Of a stretch of DNA of 63,529 nucleotides, positions 60,905-63,529 are shown in pieces (position 1 is the stretch's first letter; each line of letters starts with the position of its first letter). This stretch comes from Cupriavidus sp. Lineage in GTDB: Bacteria > Pseudomonadota > Gammaproteobacteria > Burkholderiales > Burkholderiaceae. The position numbers were made by a program, and so were the translations under genes. The DNA lies in contig JAFAJB010000247.1 of the NCBI GenBank assembly GCA_019236395.1, positions 1-63,529 on the forward strand, in the 5' to 3' direction. The notes under the pieces were generated by a model. That model had not been told where the DNA came from, did not search any database, and was given only the letters and a program-made list of their open reading frames with translations.

Positions 60905-61531
60905 TCAGCGCGGGTTCAGGCAGGCAATGACCTGCTCATCGTCCACTTGTGGAAAGGCGCGGTAGAACTCCCCTACCGCGCGGAAGTGACGCGGCGATTC
61001 GAGGCACACCATTTCGTCGACATAGGGCTGCAGACGCAACAGCGTCTCCGGCGGCGCCACCGGCACGGCGCACACGAGGTGCGAGGGTTTCTGTTTGCGA
61101 ATGGCGTGCAGGGCGGCGATCATCGAGGCCCCTGTTGCCAGGCCATCGTCCACGACAATCACCAGGCGTCCGGCTGCGCTGACCGGCTCGCGGTCCGGCG
61201 TGTAGCTGGCCCGGCGGAGGCGCAGCACCTCCAGTTGAGCAGCGCGCTCGCGGTCAACGTAGGCGCTGTCCGCGCCGGCCATGGCGGCATGCGGAGTCAG
61301 GTACGTCCAGCCACCTTCGTCCACCGCGCCAATGGCAAATTCTGGATTGCCTGGCGCGCCAAGCTTGCGCACCAGCACGACGTCAAGGTCGCCGCCAAGG
61401 GCGCTGGCGATGATGGCACCCATCGGCACGGCGCCGCGGGGCACGGCGAGCACGAGAGGATGCTTTCCCGAGTATTGGTGCAGTGCGCGCGCCAGTTGTC
61501 TGGCAGCGTCGGCGCGATCGATAAATGGCAT
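60905..61531 (-). CDS. Type I phosphoribosyltransferase-family protein
   Basis: PRGAVP, RKLGAP, VVDDGLATGAS PRPP loop. Confidence 0.9.
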   Translation of the reverse strand: MPFIDRADAARQLARALHQYSGKHPLVLAVPRGAVPMGAIIASALGGDLDVVLVRKLGAPGNPEFAIGAVDEGGWTYLTPHAAMAGADSAYVDRERAAQLEVLRLRRASYTPDREPVSAAGRLVIVVDDGLATGASMIAALHAIRKQKPSHLVCAVPVAPPETLLRLQPYVDEMVCLESPRHFRAVGEFYRAFPQVDDEQVIACLNPR

Positions 61532-61564
61532 GACTGTCCTCTTCCCGATACATGGCCCACCACA

Positions 61565-61750
61565 TCAGGGCGCGATGGTATTCGAGTGCCGCGCACCCCA
61601 CCGATGTGCTTGCGCGATGGCTATGCGTATCGCGGCACCCTCCTCATGCCCCGCCTTCAGTAGCGCATTGGCGATTTCGATGGCCTTCTCTCTCACGGCA
61701 GGAGGCAGGTTCCGCATGGCGGCCGGATAGTAGTCTGAATCCCAAGGCAT
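61565..61750 (-). CDS. Small DUF2188/YdaT-like protein
   Basis: MPW...YP..MRNLP..VREKAIEIANALL. Confidence 0.75.
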   Translation of the reverse strand: MPWDSDYYPAAMRNLPPAVREKAIEIANALLKAGHEEGAAIRIAIAQAHRWGARHSNTIAP

Positions 61751-61796
61751 TACGTGGCTCGCAATGAAATCGGCAAATGCGCAAAGGTCGCTTTAC

Positions 61797-63221
61797 TTAC
61801 GGTTCTTCCACCTGCGCCGGGATGCGTCCCTCGCGGATCGCCGCCACGAAAGCCCGATAGTCGCTGCGGTTCTGCGAGCAGTACTCGGTCGCGAACTCGC
61901 AGATGGCGTCGTCGAACGTCTGCCCGGAGCCCATGTAGCCAGCGATCATGGCCGCGTCGCTGGAGCGTGCATGGGCGCGGGCCAGCGCATGGGCGCACAT
62001 CCGCCCATACTGCCTGAGCATGCCGGCATCCCAGTCCTCGATGATGGCTGACAGCTTCATGTCGCGTAGCTGGCGGATATAGAAGTCCCGACCGCCCTCG
62101 CCGCGCGTCCATCCCAGGAACAGGTCGCTGGCGGCCTGCATCAGCCGCTGCCCTGCGATCACCCGCTGACCGTGATTCGGATACTCGCTCCTGCCAGCGT
62201 ACGGCTCCAGCACGGAGGCTCGCGCCTCCTTGATCTGGAGGAACAGCGGGTCGTTGTCGGCCGCCATGAACAGGGCGACACCACACCTCGTCCCCACGCT
62301 TCCCACCCCCACAACCTTGAAGGCCATGTCAAAGAACTGGAAGCGATTGAACAGCATTCGTATGTGATCGGGCAAACTTTCCCGATAGCCATCGATCGCT
62401 TCGGAGAAGCCTGATGACAGCCCCGGTGCCATGTCTTCATCCGGATGAAAGATCAACGGCGGCTCCTCCTTGATTCGTGGTTTCGCCCCCTCCTCGGACA
62501 CGAACTTCGGATACATGTGATCAGGCACCGATTTGCGCCGCTCGGCCTCGATCCGTTCCGCCAGCCGTTTGCGAGCCAGCGCAACGATAGCCGGATCGCC
62601 GCTTCGATCCTCATACTTCTGCAGATCGATCCGGTCGTACCAGACCTCCAGCGCACGCATCCAGCCATAGTCGAACATCCGTTCGCGGTATTGGCGAACC
62701 AGGTCGGTAACGACGCGCGCCGCATCGCTCTTCGGTAGCGCGAGATGCTCGGCCGCAATCGCCACGCTTGCCGCCAGTCGCTTGACGTCCCATTCGAAGG
62801 GAGCCGGCAAGGTTTCATCAAGGTCGTTGATGTCGAAAATCACATTGCGCTCCGGCGTAGCGAACCCGCCGAAGTTCATCAGATGCGCGTCGCCGCATGC
62901 CTGCACCCTGAGGCCGGATGTGGGTGTATCGCCAAGATCCGCGGCCATGACGGCTGCGGCCCCGCGATAGAACGCGAACGGTGAGGCGGACATCCGCCCA
63001 AAGCGGATCGGAACCAGTTGCTGGATCCGGCCCTCGTTCGAGTCAATCAGGATATCGACGGGGTCCCTGCGGTCCGCCGACGGCTTCCATCCTGCCTGCG
63101 CGGCGCGCGGCGTGTCATCGCGCAGCGCACGGCCCTTTGCCGCGCGCTCGTCGGCGGTCATGAAACCGAGGACTGCCTGCGAGGCACCGGCAGCCGCCTT
63201 CATTCTTTCAGGCTTGTTCAT
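61797..63221 (-). CDS. DUF2252 protein (kinase-like motifs)
   Basis: RMSASPFAFYRG, CGDAHLMNFG, FDINDLDE, KVVGVGSVG, YIRQLRD. Confidence 0.9.
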   Translation of the reverse strand: MNKPERMKAAAGASQAVLGFMTADERAAKGRALRDDTPRAAQAGWKPSADRRDPVDILIDSNEGRIQQLVPIRFGRMSASPFAFYRGAAAVMAADLGDTPTSGLRVQACGDAHLMNFGGFATPERNVIFDINDLDETLPAPFEWDVKRLAASVAIAAEHLALPKSDAARVVTDLVRQYRERMFDYGWMRALEVWYDRIDLQKYEDRSGDPAIVALARKRLAERIEAERRKSVPDHMYPKFVSEEGAKPRIKEEPPLIFHPDEDMAPGLSSGFSEAIDGYRESLPDHIRMLFNRFQFFDMAFKVVGVGSVGTRCGVALFMAADNDPLFLQIKEARASVLEPYAGRSEYPNHGQRVIAGQRLMQAASDLFLGWTRGEGGRDFYIRQLRDMKLSAIIEDWDAGMLRQYGRMCAHALARAHARSSDAAMIAGYMGSGQTFDDAICEFATEYCSQNRSDYRAFVAAIREGRIPAQVEEP

Positions 63222-63236
63222 TTCAACTTCCTCGAT

Positions 63237-63529
63237 TCAGGCATCGCCTGCATGAAGCGTCTCCAACGGAGGATCAGCAGCGATGGAGGCTCGGAATTCG
63301 TCAACCGCATCGGCAACCGTCGTACGGCGGTCGAGATGGCCAAAGAGCTTGTCGAGGCCCTCTGCGCGCAAGATGTCCCGCACTTCCGCGTGCGCACCAA
63401 CCACCTGCAGTGCAGTGCCGGACGTTCGCAGTTCATCATGCATCGCCGCCACCATGCGCGCGCCGGCGAGGTCCATCGTCGGTGAGTTGGACAAGTCGCA
63501 GATAACGAGCCGGATGGGCTCCGTGCACG
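63237..63529 (-). CDS. C-terminal STAS domain, probably of a SulP anion transporter (runs off the window)
   Basis: LVICDLSNSPTMDLAG...VRDILRAEGL. Confidence 0.75.
   Translation of the reverse strand, partial: CTEPIRLVICDLSNSPTMDLAGARMVAAMHDELRTSGTALQVVGAHAEVRDILRAEGLDKLFGHLDRRTTVADAVDEFRASIAADPPLETLHAGDA

Overview
GC-rich betaproteobacterial DNA, most like Cupriavidus/Ralstonia/Burkholderia (inferred from the gene families). The window has two interleaved parts. (1) The flanks (1-17.3 kb and 42-63.5 kb) look like one low-oxygen island. They carry an N-type F-ATPase operon, a BON protein, an ABC/TolC exporter, a pseudo-receiver, an FNR regulator, a flavodoxin-like protein, PEP synthase, an ABC pair with no binding protein, a VIT1 transporter, an orphan PstB, a PPDK-like protein lacking its pyruvate domain coupled to a large PhoU-like protein, glgA/glgP, DUF3300/DUF2950, a PRTase, DUF2188, DUF2252 and the 3' end of a SulP. 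Six strong and several weaker FNR boxes (TTGAY-N4-RTCAA) lie in their intergenic gaps. (2) The central ~24 kb is an aromatic catabolism block: a multicomponent phenol/toluene-ortho hydroxylase with a full catechol meta pathway, divergent from a Tbu/Tmo-type toluene monooxygenase, plus two XylR/DmpR activators, a TbuX channel and a GntR repressor, with sigma-54 promoters. Three unannotated gene relics were found (pfkB, malQ, BCAM0308-like). No transposase, integrase, tRNA, rRNA or CRISPR array was seen. The best candidate for an undescribed system is the FNR-boxed PhoU-like / headless-dikinase / PstB module next to the glycogen genes. All calls come from motif recognition by eye; no database searches were run.
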